Assembly (NCBI GenBank): GCA_041648575.1
Contig: JBAZOT010000007.1
Location: 1 to 60,040, forward strand
Source of the DNA: Patescibacteria group bacterium
Lineage (GTDB): Bacteria; Patescibacteriota; Patescibacteriia; Veblenbacterales; UBA10138
Direction of reading: 5' to 3'
Length of the DNA stretch: 60,040 nucleotides
In this document: positions 32,139 through 42,146 of the stretch, in pieces
How positions within the stretch are numbered: position 1 is the stretch's first letter
Layout: every line of letters begins with the position of its first letter
Position numbers and translations under genes: made by a program
Notes under the pieces: model-generated
Databases searched by the model: none
Told to the model about the DNA's origin: nothing
Seen by the model: only the letters and a program-made list of their open reading frames with translations

Positions 32139-32345
32139 TTAAATATTGAGCTCTATTTGATATAGCTTTTCCACTTTTTTAAAAAGCAATTTCATTATAA
32201 ATAAAACAATTATTGCTACACCTAACCCCTTGGCCAATTCTAACCAAGAAAAATCATTACTAAGATGCATTAATAATCCCACACCTCCAAATATAAATAC
32301 AATTACTAATATACCAATAAAAAGCACAAACCAACCTCGAGTCAT
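32139..32345 (-). CDS. Small two-TM membrane protein
   Basis: 68 aa; WFVLFIGILVIVFIFGGVGLLM and GLGVAIIVLFIMKLLF. Confidence 0.5.
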   Translation of the reverse strand: MTRGWFVLFIGILVIVFIFGGVGLLMHLSNDFSWLELAKGLGVAIIVLFIMKLLFKKVEKLYQIELNI

Positions 32346-32483
32346 AATATTCTCCTATATAAGTGCTATGTTATTTTTTAGATTATTTTTTGTAGTTTAT
32401 TTATTTTAAATTTACCATAATTTCATTAATTTTACAAACGCAACAAATTACAATATTTCAACATATTTTGTTATACTTACCAT

Positions 32484-33821
32484 ATGAAAACTGCTAACAA
32501 AAAAGCGTGGGTAGTTTCAGTAGATATGGGTTATGGCCATGAGCGCGCGGCTTGGGGTTTAAAAGAACTAGCTCATGAAGGTATTATTGTAGCTAATAAC
32601 TACCCCGGTATTCCCGCTCGTGACCGGAAGCTTTGGTTGCAAAGCTGTAATATTTATGAAACTATTTCGCGTTTTAAATCAATCCCGTTGATTGGCGAGA
32701 CAGTTTTTGAAATAATGGACAAAATACAATCTATACCGCAATTTTATCCACGGCGCGATTTATCCAAACCCAACATACAACTGCGCGAAATTTATGCCCT
32801 ACTACATAAAGGGATAAGCCGACATTTGATTGAATTGCTAATCAAAAAAAATAATAAACTGCCACTCATTGCCACTTTTTTCCAAGCAGCCTTTGCTGCG
32901 GAAGAATTTGGCTACCCTGGTGATATCTACTGTGTGGTGTGTGATGCCGATTGCAGCCGCACTTGGGTTTCTTATGACCCTAAACAAAGCCGCATTAAAT
33001 ACTTTGCGCCCAACGGACGAGTGGTAGAAAGACTCAAGCTTTATGGCGTTAGGTCAGAAAATATTTTTTTAACCGGTTTCCCTCTACCAAAGGAACTAAT
33101 TGGTGGTCCAAATATTAAAATTATTAAACAAGATTTATCGCGCCGTTTAAGAAATTTAGATCCCAACCGAATATTTATTACCAAATACGAAAAAACCATC
33201 AATTCATATTTAGGAAAAAACTGGCGCAATTTAGACCACAAACATCTTCTAACCTTAACTTTTGCTGTAGGTGGCGCTGGCGCACAAAAAGCCATTGGTC
33301 TGCAAATAATAAATAGCTTAGCCACTTCCATTTCTAGCGGTAAAATTAAAGTTAATTTAATAGCCGGCATTAGGAACGATATAGCTCGCTATTTTAAACA
33401 AGGGTGTCAAAGCTTAGGGCTTAATAAATTTCTTGGTCGCGGCATAAATGTCTTATACCAAAAAGATTATCATAGTTACTTTAAAGAATTTAGCCAAATT
33501 TTACACACCACTGATATTTTATGGACCAAGCCATCGGAAATGTCTTTTTATACTGGTCTAGGACTGCCTATTATCATGGCCCCGCCAATTGGCTCACAAG
33601 AACATTTTAATCGAGTGTGGCTTAAAACTGTGGGCGGAGGCATTACTCAAAATGACCCACGTTATACCAATGAATGGCTGTTTGATTGGGTAAATTCAGG
33701 CGGCTTAGCGCGCGTGGCCTGGAATGGATTTATAGAGGCCCCAACGCATGGTGCCTATCGTATTAATAGTATTATCACGGGCGAGAAAATTGAACTAGAA
33801 CAATTACCTTTGATTGTCTAA
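32484..33821 (+). CDS. Glycosyltransferase, MGDG-synthase/UgtP-like (GT28-type), tentative
   Basis: N-terminal VVSVDMGYGHERAAWGL (G-x-G-H...A motif); YFAPNGRVVERLKLYGVRSENIFLTGFPLPKELIG resembles the UgtP/MGDG synthase linker. Confidence 0.45.
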   Translation: MKTANKKAWVVSVDMGYGHERAAWGLKELAHEGIIVANNYPGIPARDRKLWLQSCNIYETISRFKSIPLIGETVFEIMDKIQSIPQFYPRRDLSKPNIQLREIYALLHKGISRHLIELLIKKNNKLPLIATFFQAAFAAEEFGYPGDIYCVVCDADCSRTWVSYDPKQSRIKYFAPNGRVVERLKLYGVRSENIFLTGFPLPKELIGGPNIKIIKQDLSRRLRNLDPNRIFITKYEKTINSYLGKNWRNLDHKHLLTLTFAVGGAGAQKAIGLQIINSLATSISSGKIKVNLIAGIRNDIARYFKQGCQSLGLNKFLGRGINVLYQKDYHSYFKEFSQILHTTDILWTKPSEMSFYTGLGLPIIMAPPIGSQEHFNRVWLKTVGGGITQNDPRYTNEWLFDWVNSGGLARVAWNGFIEAPTHGAYRINSIITGEKIELEQLPLIV

Positions 33822-33898
33822 TCAAATGTCTATTCTGTTTTTCACAAACAGGATATTTTTCTGTATACTCAATAAGTCTTAATTTAATAAAATCGCTT

Positions 33899-34993
33899 AT
33901 GAAAAAATATATTCTATTACCAATAATTTTTACCATCCTGTGCGCTGTGATTTTAGGATTGGGAATTTTAGCGCCCCGGCAATTAGCTACTGTCGCAGCT
34001 GACCTTAAACAGATTATTGTTCCCGAAGAAGAGGCGGTTATTTCTGCATATGAACAAACTCTGCCGTCGGTAGTAAGTATTTTAATAACTGAAAAAGTCA
34101 AAGATTCAGCTGGTGTAATAAACAATCTGGACGCAGGTGGTGGTACGGGTTTTTTGGTTTCCAAAGACGGTTATATTATTACTAACAAACATGTGGTACT
34201 CCGCACCGATGCCAATTATACAGTAATCTCCAGCACTGGCAAAGAATATGCTGGATCAGTGCTGGCACTTGATCCGCTATTTGATATTGCTATTGTAAAA
34301 ATTGAAGGCAGTGGTTTTACACCAGCCAAACTTGGTAATTCAGATAAAATAAGAATTGGCCAAACTGTAGTAGCTATTGGCAATGTCTTGAGCGAATTTC
34401 GCAATACGGTAACGCGAGGTATTGTTTCGGGGGTAGGGCGAAGTTTAACAGCGTCAGGTGGCGGCCTAACAGAAACTATTGAGGGGGCTATCCAAACTGA
34501 TGCCTCAATTAATCCTGGAAACTCTGGTGGGCCATTGGTAAATTTAAAAGGCGAGGTAATTGGTGTTAACACAGCTATTAACCGATCAGGCGAATCATTA
34601 GGATTTGCCATACCTATTAATAAAGCCAAACAAGCTTTCGATATTTTTCTAAAGCAAGGAAAAATTGTACGTACTTTTTTGGGTGTACGCTATGTGATGC
34701 TGGATCGAGCTTTTGCCCAGAAACATCACCTGCCCTATAACCGCGGCGCTTATATTATTATTCAAGATGACAGCGGTAATGCGGGGATTGTGTCAGAAGG
34801 TCCGGCAGACAAAGCGGGTTTAAAAGTTGAGGATATTATTTTAGAAATTAATAGCAAAAAACTAAGCGTCACATATACTCTGGCAGCAGCTATTTCTGAA
34901 TATAAACCTCAAGATAAAGTGGAGTTAAAAATTTTACGCAAGGGTGTGGAATTGATTATTCCAATAACTTTAGGCGAACGAACTGCTGATTAA
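33899..34993 (+). CDS. htrA: HtrA/DegP-family serine protease with a PDZ domain
   Basis: TNKHV (His), DIAIVKI (Asp), GNSGGPLVN (Ser), C-terminal PDZ (GPADKAGLKVEDIILEINSK). Confidence 0.92.
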   Translation: MKKYILLPIIFTILCAVILGLGILAPRQLATVAADLKQIIVPEEEAVISAYEQTLPSVVSILITEKVKDSAGVINNLDAGGGTGFLVSKDGYIITNKHVVLRTDANYTVISSTGKEYAGSVLALDPLFDIAIVKIEGSGFTPAKLGNSDKIRIGQTVVAIGNVLSEFRNTVTRGIVSGVGRSLTASGGGLTETIEGAIQTDASINPGNSGGPLVNLKGEVIGVNTAINRSGESLGFAIPINKAKQAFDIFLKQGKIVRTFLGVRYVMLDRAFAQKHHLPYNRGAYIIIQDDSGNAGIVSEGPADKAGLKVEDIILEINSKKLSVTYTLAAAISEYKPQDKVELKILRKGVELIIPITLGERTAD

Positions 34994-35002
34994 AAGTTTT
35001 CT

Positions 35003-35035
35003 AAAAATCCCGCTCTGGTAAAAAGTGGGATTTTA
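35003..35035 (+). terminator. Rho-independent terminator of htrA
   Basis: AAAAATCCCG-CTCTGGTAAAAAG-TGGGATTTT. Confidence 0.7.
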
Positions 35036-35054
35036 GTTTAGGTATTGAAGTCAT

Positions 35055-35092
35055 CTAGGGGAAAAAGTCCCGATCGGGTCTTTTTCCCCTAG
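35055..35092. terminator. 38-nt near-perfect palindrome between convergent genes (bidirectional terminator-like)
   Basis: CTAGGGGAAAAAGTCCCGA|TCGGGTCTTTTTCCCCTAG, one mismatch. Confidence 0.65.
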
Positions 35093-35106
35093 CTTAAAAT
35101 TACTAA

Positions 35107-36420
35107 TTAACGATTAATATAAGACTGATAATCAGCTGAATTTTGCCAAACGCCCCAGAAGATCTTGGGGTGTACTGTTTTACCACCAAACTTTACTGCT
35201 TTAACAATTGCTTCGCTTGAATAACCGCCATAGGTAAAAGCGCGTACTAAAATAAACCAATTGTCACGAGAAATTGGCGGCACTTTACCGTTATATCTAA
35301 CCTTAAGATAATTATATAATTCTTGTGCTAACTGTTGTTCTAAAACCAAATTTCTACGCGCTTCAGTATAATATTTTAAACCCGACTGAACCGCTGGCGG
35401 ATTAAATATTGCTCCGCTATTATTTGGGATAGTGGTATAAGCACCTAATACCGCGCCTGTAAGGCTAGTTCTAATATACCGATCAAAAGTGGTATATTTT
35501 TTTCCTAAAATATCCCGCGCATAAATTTTAAAAATATAACTGGTATTAGGACTTAAGCCAGTAATTGCCAAAGAATGATCAATAACTGAAAAACTCTGCT
35601 CTGAAACTTTAATTTTTTTACCGCGCTGTTCTGGACGAATTTCTACATATCCCAGCGCTGGCCGATTAGTATGCCAAATAAAAGTTACCGCCTCAGAAGT
35701 TATCAATGGATCTGGAGAACTGGCTGGCGCAATTTTATCAATCATCAATCCACTTTTATCTGCCAGATCACTATTCCAAGTAGAAAATTGACGCACTTGA
35801 CTAACAACTTGATTACTATCACTGTCTTGCGAAACTGCTTGATAATAATAAGTAGTATTGGTTTTTAATCTGGTAGCTGTAACTTCATGTTTGGTTGTTT
35901 TTGTTCGATTAGTAGTCTTTTTGGCTTTAGTTAAACCATTAGCCAAATAATCCGCCGCCGTAGTTACCAATAAAATACTATTGGAGTCGCGATCTGTTTC
36001 CCACTGCACAGTAATAACTGTTCCGCCAACATAAACAGCTTTAACATTACTGATGGTTAAATCCCTGACATATTTAATAGTTCCGGTTTTAAAAGTATTA
36101 GCAAAAGATTGAGTGGTTTGCCCATCGGTAGTAGCTACTATTTTATAGGAATAAGTAACCTTGCTTTTAAGAGCTACAATTAAAACTTCTTGCCAAGTAT
36201 TGGTTAAACTTGATCCAAGATAATTATTAAACTGACCATTCTCGCCATATAAAACTCCACCTGTAGCTGGAATATTAGTAACCCAACTTATTTTTGCCTG
36301 GCCGTCATTAAGCAATTCCACCCTAATATCGCGAATATATAAAGACTCGCCTTTAGCCAAGATTGGCGTTACCAAGGTGATTGTTAAAGCAATAATTATT
36401 GAAAATCTTAGTATTTTCAT
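35107..36420 (-). CDS. Secreted protein with three fibronectin-type-III-like repeats and a conserved C-terminal domain
   Basis: MKILRFSIIIALTITLVTPILA signal peptide (ATG at 36420 preferred over 36465). Repeats: AKISWVTNIPATGGVLYG, ITVQWETDRDSNSILLV, VTFIWHTNRPALGYVEI. Confidence 0.6.
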   Translation of the reverse strand: MKILRFSIIIALTITLVTPILAKGESLYIRDIRVELLNDGQAKISWVTNIPATGGVLYGENGQFNNYLGSSLTNTWQEVLIVALKSKVTYSYKIVATTDGQTTQSFANTFKTGTIKYVRDLTISNVKAVYVGGTVITVQWETDRDSNSILLVTTAADYLANGLTKAKKTTNRTKTTKHEVTATRLKTNTTYYYQAVSQDSDSNQVVSQVRQFSTWNSDLADKSGLMIDKIAPASSPDPLITSEAVTFIWHTNRPALGYVEIRPEQRGKKIKVSEQSFSVIDHSLAITGLSPNTSYIFKIYARDILGKKYTTFDRYIRTSLTGAVLGAYTTIPNNSGAIFNPPAVQSGLKYYTEARRNLVLEQQLAQELYNYLKVRYNGKVPPISRDNWFILVRAFTYGGYSSEAIVKAVKFGGKTVHPKIFWGVWQNSADYQSYINR

Positions 36421-36505
36421 AAAACATCTTATATTAACACCTAGATGAAAAAATGTCAATAGCACGAGTAATAAAGGCTTTGTTAAAAGTGCAAATTAAT
36501 ATAAT

Positions 36506-37567
36506 ATGAAAGCTATGATTATCTTGGGTATAGAAACATCTTGCGACGAAACTGCGATTGCGGTTTTGAAAATCACCAATGGCAAATTACAACTGTTGGT
36601 AAATAATATCTCCTCGCAAATAGCTCTGCATAAAAAATGGGGCGGTGTAGTGCCTGAACTAGCCGCGCGTCGCCACGCGCAAGTAATAATACCGCTGCTT
36701 CGCTCATCTTTGAATCAAGCTAGAATTAAATCCACAGACATTGATTTAATAGCAGTTACTCAAGGCCCGGGTTTAATTACGGCCTTGCAAGTAGGAGTAG
36801 AAACAGCCAAAACCCTAGCTTGGGCCTGGCACAAACCACTGGTTGGTGTTAATCATATTGCGGGACACCTGGTTAGTCCTTGGCTAGCGCCACGTTGTTG
36901 GATAAAAACCAGTCAAAATAAAACTTTTCCAGCATTGTCTTTAGTAGTATCTGGCGGACATACAGAATTATATTTAATTAAAAAATTAGGAGAACAAAAA
37001 TTACTTGGGCGTACGCTAGATGATGCTGCTGGAGAAGCTTTTGATAAAGTAGCTAAGATGCTAAAGCTACCTTATCCCGGCGGACCTAAAGTAGCGCAAC
37101 TCGCTGAAAAAGGTAATCCGTCTGCTTTTAAACTTCCCCGGCCAATGATTAATCATCAAAATTTAAATTTTAGTTTTGCTGGACTTAAAACCGCTGTCCT
37201 TTATACTTTAAAAAAACTGCGAACTGTGAACTATAAACTAAAAACTGACTTATGCGCCAGCTTCCAGCAAGCAGTAATAGACGTATTAGTATATAAAACT
37301 ATAAAAGCGGCAGAAAAATATAAAGTAAAAAGCGTGCTACTGTCTGGCGGAGTATCGGCTAATAAATTACTTAGAACAACGCTGTCTCAAATTTTAAACC
37401 AACAACTACCCACTGTTAAATTTTATGCTGCGCCATTAGAATTTACCGGCGATAATGCTGTGATGATTGCTTTGGCTGGAAGCATTGAAATAAAAAAAAG
37501 TGGTTTAAAAAAATATCAAAATAATTGGAAGAAAATTAATGCTAATGCTAATTGGGAGCTTTGGTAA
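36506..37567 (+). CDS. tsaD: tRNA N6-adenosine threonylcarbamoyltransferase TsaD
   Basis: ILGIETSCDETAIAV, GVNHIAGH, SGGVSANKLLR. An alternative start at 36515 (MIILGIET) sits 9 nt after a TATAAT box. Confidence 0.95.
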   Translation: MKAMIILGIETSCDETAIAVLKITNGKLQLLVNNISSQIALHKKWGGVVPELAARRHAQVIIPLLRSSLNQARIKSTDIDLIAVTQGPGLITALQVGVETAKTLAWAWHKPLVGVNHIAGHLVSPWLAPRCWIKTSQNKTFPALSLVVSGGHTELYLIKKLGEQKLLGRTLDDAAGEAFDKVAKMLKLPYPGGPKVAQLAEKGNPSAFKLPRPMINHQNLNFSFAGLKTAVLYTLKKLRTVNYKLKTDLCASFQQAVIDVLVYKTIKAAEKYKVKSVLLSGGVSANKLLRTTLSQILNQQLPTVKFYAAPLEFTGDNAVMIALAGSIEIKKSGLKKYQNNWKKINANANWELW

Positions 37568-37570
37568 TAT

Positions 37571-38821
37571 ATGAAACTTAATTTTCCTAAAAATTTTTTA
37601 TGGGGTGCCAGCACATCGGCCCATCAAGTGGAGGGAAATAATATCAATGACTGGTCTGAATGGGAAACCAAAAACGCTGGCCGGCTAGCCCAAGAAGCTG
37701 ATGCTAAATATAGCTCTTGGGTTAAAAATTGGAATAAATTTGCTGATCTAGCTCGTGATCCTAATAATTATACTTCCGGCCCAGCTTGTGATCACTACCA
37801 TAAATTTGCCGAGGACTTTGATTTAGTTAAACAACTGGGACATAATGCCCATCGCTTTTCTATTGAATGGTCAAGAATAGAACCAGAACCAGGCAAATTT
37901 AATGAACAAGAAATTAAGCACTACAGCCAAGTTATCACTTGTTTACGTGAACATGGAATTGAACCATTGGTTACTTTGTGGCATTGGCCGCTGCCGCTGT
38001 GGGTTGCTCGGCAGGGCGGTTGGACTAATAAAAAAACTATTGCCTATTTTACGCATTATGTTGAAAAAGTGGTAAATAGTTTAAATCAGCAAGTTAAATT
38101 CTGGATTACTTTAAATGAACCAGAAGCTTATGTTCATTTTTCATACTTTACTGGCGAATGGCCACCGCAAAAAAAGAATTTGTTAACCTACTTTAGAGTT
38201 ATTACAAAATTAATCAAGGCACACCAACAGGCTTATCAAATAATTAAAAAAATAAATCCGCAGGCACAAGTGGGTATTGCTACATACAATACTTTATTTG
38301 AAGCTTATGATAATAAATTTATTAATCGTATATTAAAAATACTAGCAGATTGGTTAGTTAATTTTTATTTTCTAAATCATATCAAATCATACCAAGATTT
38401 TATCGGTCTAAACCACTATGGCAGAAATATTATCAATTACGGTTTTAACAAAAATGAAAATAAAATAGTCTCTGACATGGGTTGGGAGCTTTATCCTAAA
38501 GCCATTTATCAAGTGCTAAAGGAATTAGTTAGGTATGGCAAACCAATTTATATTACAGAAAACGGTCTGGCTGATGCAGAAGACACTAGACGCACTTGGT
38601 ACATAAAGGAAATTTTAAAATATGTACATCAGGCAATACAAGACGGAGTGGATGTACGCGGTTACTTGCACTGGTCTTTGTTGGATAATTTTGAATGGGA
38701 TAAGGGCTTTTGGCCACACTTTGGTTTAATTAAAGTGGATTATAAAACACAAAACAGAACCGTTCGCCCCAGCGCTTTAGACTATGCTAAAATCTGTAAA
38801 ACTAATTCTTTGGAAATATGA
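37571..38821 (+). CDS. Glycoside hydrolase family 1 beta-glucosidase
   Basis: FLWGASTSAHQVEG, acid/base TLNEPE, nucleophile YITENG, WSLLDNFEW. Confidence 0.92.
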   Translation: MKLNFPKNFLWGASTSAHQVEGNNINDWSEWETKNAGRLAQEADAKYSSWVKNWNKFADLARDPNNYTSGPACDHYHKFAEDFDLVKQLGHNAHRFSIEWSRIEPEPGKFNEQEIKHYSQVITCLREHGIEPLVTLWHWPLPLWVARQGGWTNKKTIAYFTHYVEKVVNSLNQQVKFWITLNEPEAYVHFSYFTGEWPPQKKNLLTYFRVITKLIKAHQQAYQIIKKINPQAQVGIATYNTLFEAYDNKFINRILKILADWLVNFYFLNHIKSYQDFIGLNHYGRNIINYGFNKNENKIVSDMGWELYPKAIYQVLKELVRYGKPIYITENGLADAEDTRRTWYIKEILKYVHQAIQDGVDVRGYLHWSLLDNFEWDKGFWPHFGLIKVDYKTQNRTVRPSALDYAKICKTNSLEI

Positions 38822-39240
38822 AAAAATATTTTACTACCAGCCCTAAACAAACTAAATCGATCGGCAAAAAAGTTGCAGCAACTTTGCGTGGTGGAGAAAC
38901 TTTAGCATTAATTGGCGATTTAGGTAGCGGCAAAACTACTTTTGTTAAGGGATTGGCACGGGGTTTAAGCGTAAAAAACAACATCACCAGCCCCACTTTT
39001 GTTTTATTTAAAGTGTATAAAGCTAACAAAGGGAAAATTAAACAACTGGTACATGCTGATTGCTATCGTGTAAAAGGACAAGAAATATTAAAAGTAGGTT
39101 TAGTAGAATATCTACATCAACCCGATACGATAGTAGTAATAGAATGGGCTGATAAACTAAAAAAATTTCCCAAGCAAACTATTAAAATCTTCTTTGCTTA
39201 TGAAAAAACTGCCAAAGAAAGATTAATAACTATTAAATAA
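38818..39240 (+). CDS. tsaE: tRNA threonylcarbamoyladenosine biosynthesis ATPase TsaE
   Basis: LIGDLGSGKTTFVKGLARGL, SPTFVL, HADCYR; ATGA overlap with the GH1 gene. Confidence 0.9.
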   Translation: MKKYFTTSPKQTKSIGKKVAATLRGGETLALIGDLGSGKTTFVKGLARGLSVKNNITSPTFVLFKVYKANKGKIKQLVHADCYRVKGQEILKVGLVEYLHQPDTIVVIEWADKLKKFPKQTIKIFFAYEKTAKERLITIK

Positions 39241-39280
39241 TCCTTTAATTTCAGCGTTATTCACGATATACTAAGAACAT

Positions 39281-42046
39281 ATGAAAGAATTGCCCAAAGC
39301 TTATATTCCGGCTGATTATGAAAAAGAGATTTACCAGAAATGGGAATCATCTGGCTATTTTAATCCTGACAACCTACCCGTCAAAGCTTTAGCGAAGGCG
39401 GGTCAACCTTTTTCCATGGCTTTACCACCACCTAACGCAACTGGCGTGTTGCATTTGGGGCATGTGGTAATGTGTGCTGTTCAAGATTTACTAGCCCGCT
39501 TCAATCGAATGCAGGGGAAAAAAGTGTTATGGCTACCAGGCACTGATCATGCTGCTATTGCCACACAAAATGTAGTGGAAAAACAATTATGGGAAGAGGG
39601 TAAAAAAACGAGGTTTGATTTTGATCGTGATGAGTTTGTAAAAAAAGTTGCTGATTTTGCCGCCAACTCCCGCCAAACGATTCAACAACAATTGCGCGCT
39701 GCTGGTGCTTCTTTAGATTGGTCGCGCGAACGATATACTCTAGACGAAAGTATATCAGGTGCTGTTAAAGAAATGTTTGTACGTATGTATCATGACGGAT
39801 TAATTTACCGTGGCAATAGAATTGTTAACTGGTGCTATCGCTGCGGTACAACTTTGGCTGATGACGAAGTAGAATATAAAGAATCATTGGGTAAACTTTA
39901 TTATATTAATTACGGACCAGTCACTGTAGCTACTACTAGACCAGAAACAAAAATTGGCGATACAGCACTGGCAGTTAACCCCGAAGATGGTCGTTATAAA
40001 AAAATGATTGGGCAAAAGCTAGAAGTGACTTTAGGTAAGGTTAAAGTAAAAGTTAAAGTCATTGCTGATAAAATAATTGACCCAACTTTTGGCACTGGTG
40101 TGGTGGGCGTTACGCCAGCACACAGTTTGGTTGATTTTGATTTAGCACAAAAATATCATCTACCATTAAAAGAAATAATTGGCACGGACGGTAAAATGAC
40201 AGCCGAAGCAGGCGCTTATGCTGGGTTAACTGTTAAACAAACGCGCCAACAACTTTTAGCAGATTTAGGAAACCAGGTTGAAAAAATTGAAGATTATAAA
40301 CATAATTTATCCATTTGCTATCGCTGCGGCACGCCAGTAGAACCTTTAATATCAAAACAATGGTTTGTGGCAGTTGATAAACCTTTTAAAGCTGGCCTGT
40401 TTAAAAAAACTACCCTTAAAAAGTTGGCGATTGCGGCGGTGAAGAGCGGGCAGATTAAAATTGTGCCAGAAAAATTTAATAAGGTTTATTATCATTGGAT
40501 GGAGAATTTGCATGATTGGTGCATTTCGCGGCAGATTTGGTTTGGGCATCGCATTCCGGTTTGGTATTGTAAACCTCAAGATATCACTTTACGCATGGGT
40601 TGGCATGAAAGTGTTATGCCTCAATTATATAAAGGCAAAACAAAAACTTATCGCTTACGCGACCATGGTTTTAAAGTGGGTGATAAAGTATTATTTGATA
40701 ACTCTCAAACAGAAATCTGCTTTGGTTATGGAATTATTACCGAAGTAAAGGAAACAACGGTTGAAAATATTGATTATCGGGATAAAACACATTATAAAAC
40801 ATATAATAATTTATCAGAATTAATTGAAGCATTTAAACGAAGAAATCCTGATAAAGTGGTTACGCCGCAATCTCAAGCTTATTTATATGCTTATGAATTT
40901 CATCCATTTTCAAAACATAATACAACAAAGCGCTGTGGTAACATTATTGTTTCAAATGAAGCACCGAAAGAATGTCCAACGTGTGGTAATAAGAAACTAG
41001 AACAAGACCCCGATACTTTAGATACTTGGTTTTCTTCTGGCACCTGGACGTTTTCAACTTTGGGCTGGCCCAACCAAAGTACAGATCTTAAAACCTACCA
41101 TCCAACTGATGTTTTAGAAACTAGCTATGATATTTTATTTTTTTGGGTAGCCAGAATGATAATGATGACTCAATACGCCCTGAAACAAATTCCTTTTCGT
41201 CACGTTTACCTGCACGGCTTGGTACGCGACAAACAGGGTCGTAAAATGTCCAAATCATTAGGCAATGGCATTGACCCGCGGGAAATGATAACCAAATACG
41301 GCGCTGACGCTTTGCGCCTATCTATGTTAGTTGGCAATACGCCGGGTAATGACTTTAAACTGTATGAAGAAAAGATTGCCGGCTACCGAAATTTTATTAA
41401 TAAACTTTGGAATATCAGCCGTTTTATCTTACTTACTATTAAAGACCTAGAATTAACAGACAAACCCCAAGCCAAAACTTTGGCTGATAAATGGATTTTA
41501 TCGCATTTAGAAAATATTACCACTGAAGTTACCAATCATCTTAATAAATTTGAATTTTCGCCAGCAGCTGAAAAATTATATGACTTTACCTGGCATGAAT
41601 TAGCTGATTGGTATTTGGAAATTGCTAAAATTGAAGGTGAAAAAGATAAAATATTAACCTTTACTCTGCAGACTATTTTAAAACTATGGCACCCGTTTAC
41701 ACCTTTTGTAACTGAAACTTTATGGCAAGAAGCTTTCTCTAAAAATGGACTATTAATGATTCAATCCTGGCCTAAAGCTTCAGAAAAACAAGATAAAGAA
41801 GCCGAACAAGATATGAAGATAATTCAGGATATAGTTACCGCCATCCGTAACTACCGGGCAGAACAAAAAATTCCAAGCGATCAAGTAATTGAATGCGCCA
41901 TAAGCTCCCACGTCGCCCAACCACTCATCCAAGAGCAGCAGCACCTGCTTGCTGGTTTACGTACCAAGATTAAGCTAACAGAGACATTTGCTCCATCGTG
42001 GCAGAAACTGCAATTACCTCTGGCTGTAATCTATTTAAAAGTCTAA
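39281..42046 (+). CDS. valS: Valine--tRNA ligase with an approx. 120-aa insertion in the zinc-knuckle region and no long C-terminal coiled coil
   Basis: PPPNATGVLHLGH (HIGH), TRPETKIGDTALAV, KMSKSLGN (KMSKS). WYC...(aa 431-550 insert)...RCG...CPTCG...DPDTLDTWFSSG. Confidence 0.95.
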   Translation: MKELPKAYIPADYEKEIYQKWESSGYFNPDNLPVKALAKAGQPFSMALPPPNATGVLHLGHVVMCAVQDLLARFNRMQGKKVLWLPGTDHAAIATQNVVEKQLWEEGKKTRFDFDRDEFVKKVADFAANSRQTIQQQLRAAGASLDWSRERYTLDESISGAVKEMFVRMYHDGLIYRGNRIVNWCYRCGTTLADDEVEYKESLGKLYYINYGPVTVATTRPETKIGDTALAVNPEDGRYKKMIGQKLEVTLGKVKVKVKVIADKIIDPTFGTGVVGVTPAHSLVDFDLAQKYHLPLKEIIGTDGKMTAEAGAYAGLTVKQTRQQLLADLGNQVEKIEDYKHNLSICYRCGTPVEPLISKQWFVAVDKPFKAGLFKKTTLKKLAIAAVKSGQIKIVPEKFNKVYYHWMENLHDWCISRQIWFGHRIPVWYCKPQDITLRMGWHESVMPQLYKGKTKTYRLRDHGFKVGDKVLFDNSQTEICFGYGIITEVKETTVENIDYRDKTHYKTYNNLSELIEAFKRRNPDKVVTPQSQAYLYAYEFHPFSKHNTTKRCGNIIVSNEAPKECPTCGNKKLEQDPDTLDTWFSSGTWTFSTLGWPNQSTDLKTYHPTDVLETSYDILFFWVARMIMMTQYALKQIPFRHVYLHGLVRDKQGRKMSKSLGNGIDPREMITKYGADALRLSMLVGNTPGNDFKLYEEKIAGYRNFINKLWNISRFILLTIKDLELTDKPQAKTLADKWILSHLENITTEVTNHLNKFEFSPAAEKLYDFTWHELADWYLEIAKIEGEKDKILTFTLQTILKLWHPFTPFVTETLWQEAFSKNGLLMIQSWPKASEKQDKEAEQDMKIIQDIVTAIRNYRAEQKIPSDQVIECAISSHVAQPLIQEQQHLLAGLRTKIKLTETFAPSWQKLQLPLAVIYLKV

Positions 42047-42061
42047 CCGGCTTATAGAAGC

Positions 42062-42091
42062 TTGACATAGTTAGCACACCTGTGCTAAAGT
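42062..42091 (+). promoter_or_regulatory. Sigma70-like promoter with an embedded 18-nt palindromic operator
   Basis: TTGACA (42062-42067), 18-nt spacer, TAAAGT (42086-42091). TTAGCACA-CC-TGTGCTAA at 42071-42088. Confidence 0.6.
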
Positions 42092-42146
42092 GTTTTAAAT
42101 TTGGAAAAGAAAAACGAAATCAATAACAACATAAGGAGAAAGTACT

